Part shown: positions 62,301 through 64,000 of the stretch, piece by piece
How the letters are laid out: every line of letters begins with the position of its first letter
Position numbering within the stretch: position 1 is the stretch's first letter
Notes under the pieces: model-generated
Told to the model about the DNA's origin: nothing
The model's database searches: none
The model's input: the letters and a program-made list of their open reading frames with translations, nothing else
Position numbers and translations under genes: made by a program
Source: Guillardia theta CCMP2712
Taxonomy: Eukaryota; Protista; Cryptophyta
Length of the DNA stretch: 64,000 nt
Reading direction: 5' to 3'
Assembly (NCBI RefSeq): GCF_000315625.1
Contig: NW_005434584.1
Span: forward strand, 196,851 to 260,850

Positions 62301-63276
62301 TCTGTCATAGCCAAGGGAGGCGGAATGAGAAGCGACCAACAGTAACATGATTCCCGGTTTGAATCTCATCTCATCTCCTTGCCGCGGCGCTTCCTTTATG
62401 TATCCGATCCCTTCACTGTCCCCTAAGGGATCCAAATCTGATAAATTTCATTCAATTTGTTCGAGTAAAATTGAAATTTGCAGCCAAACAAATTGATTTC
62501 GGTGTTGGGACCTCGAAACGCTGCAGGGTGCGGTTTCAATTTATCATTTTTCAAGTTGAAATATTTCGTCATTTTTCTAAATTTGATATGCAATTTTTCG
62601 TGCACCTGGTGATTGTTTGGGTTGAAGACAGTATTTTCGATGGGAATCTCTTGCTTTTAAATTACTTGGGAGCATTTCAAAGATAAAAGTCTATTCTAAG
62701 GTCCCTTTATACGCCCCCAGGCCTGAGAGCGGAGATGAAGATGAGATTTTCCATCCCCCGAGGACCCCCCACCCTCAAACGACACTACCCTTGCACACCG
62801 TACTTTTTTATCACAAAGAAGGGGTCCGTGAACCGGGGTCAAATATCTCATTGGAGGTAGGGGTACTTGGGGCGCTCTGGGTTTTAAATCTTCATTTTAT
62901 TCTAAGATTATATCAGAAAGCCCGAGATTTACCACACTTAAAGGTAATTAAAACTCAGTTTCATGTTTAAAACTCTTCTTGGGAGTTTAAAAACTATTTT
63001 ACAGTACTTTCATAATAGTAATATAGTCTTCAAGTCATTAAATTGTTGATATGTTTGTTTTTCGAGTTATGAATAATATTTGTTAACATAAAACATTATA
63101 ATACTTGTTTCTAAAAGTCAGTCGCTTTTGTGATGCGGACCGTTGCGTTGTTGAAATGGAATGGCATGAGACCTAGCAGGTGGGGGTAGTGACCCGACCT
63201 CAAAGTACCCCCCATTTTCCACATTTTCTTCTATATGTTCAGGTCAAATGTAAGGTAGGGGTACAGTACCCTACCA

Positions 63277-64000
63277 TCAAGACCAAGTCTCCTCATCGCG
63301 TTGGGGAGGAAGGAATGGCAGGGTGAACATGGAGGACGGGGGGAAGGGGAGTGAGGTCAGGGAGAGAGGAGAGGATGATTCACTCTCGTAGATGTTCTGT
63401 GAAGGAGATACGAAGTTGACTGTCGAGTTTGATGGCGAAATGAGCGCAGGACAAGGAGTTTGTAGGTAGATAATGGGCAAATGGAAGCAAAAGCATAGGA
63501 CGAGGCCTGTACTGCCCTCCAATGTGAAGCACTGAAAGGGTTTGGAGAAGAAAAGAGGAGATGATTTCATTCTGTTTGTTCCCTTAGCATGAGAGTAGCA
63601 GATTCGCTCGGTGGTTGGGAACGATTTCGAAGACGTCATGTAGTCAGCAAGACAGCGGCTAAAGGGTAGGGATGGAAGAGCTGGGGTTGGTCTTGGGAAC
63701 GGCTGCATATGTTCACAGTGAAGGAAACATGTTGATACGTTCCTGCATCTCTCATGCTTGTTTTGTTCCAGGGTATGAGACGGAAATGCACATTTCCAAG
63801 AGCATATAGCGCATCCGTACGCAAGAAAGCGAGTATAACAAGTACAAGTCTGAGGAGCATATAAGGCGGGAGAAGCAGCATCATGGCTCCGAAGAGAGCT
63901 GCCTCGAGAAGTGAGGAAGGAGGAGTGAGCTTGAAGCGAGTGAAGGACGAGGAGAAGAATGGCAGGGCTGAGGTCGCTGGTACAATCAACGAGCGGGACC
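63277..64000 (-). CDS. Possible partial gene or fragment with hydrophobic leader
   Basis: ORFs 63636-63989 and 63277-63708; signal-like MLLRLVLVILAFL. No family recognised. Confidence 0.25.
   Translation of the reverse strand, partial: VPLVDCTSDLSPAILLLVLHSLQAHSSFLTSRGSSLRSHDAASPALYAPQTCTCYTRFLAYGCAICSWKCAFPSHTLEQNKHERCRNVSTCFLHCEHMQPFPRPTPALPSLPFSRCLADYMTSSKSFPTTERICYSHAKGTNRMKSSPLFFSKPFQCFTLEGSTGLVLCFCFHLPIIYLQTPCPALISPSNSTVNFVSPSQNIYESESSSPLSLTSLPFPPSSMFTLPFLPPQRDEETWS

Overview
Eukaryotic nuclear DNA from an alga with a complex red-type plastid, most likely a cryptophyte such as Guillardia theta. This is inferred from a nucleus-encoded psbO with a signal peptide, AAA-F motif and lumen signal, and from many short GT-AG introns plus microsatellite-rich introns. 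Bases ~1-12.2 kb and ~18.4-27 kb are retroelement and gene-fragment graveyards. They hold a truncated Ty3/Gypsy gag-pol with an intact -1 frameshift signal, scrambled pieces of a restriction-like-endonuclease (CRE/R2-type) non-LTR element, a fully delimited but internally deleted chromovirus (both LTRs, 5-bp TSD), a second Gypsy RT remnant, and a cluster of five unrelated tandem arrays. One of those arrays is an in-place ~37x amplification of 17 bp of RT coding sequence. Between the two graveyards lies a spliced gene with a Ki-67-like layout: FHA domain, PP1 docking motifs, 10 x 39-aa repeats and a basic tail. From 27 kb on is an ordinary gene-dense region: a membrane-anchored TKL kinase, EFR3, PP2C, DNA ligase I with an apparent organelle-targeting leader, psbO, two hypothetical genes, an NXPE/PC-esterase-like gene and taxilin. 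Exon boundaries were read by eye, and some gene ends are approximate.
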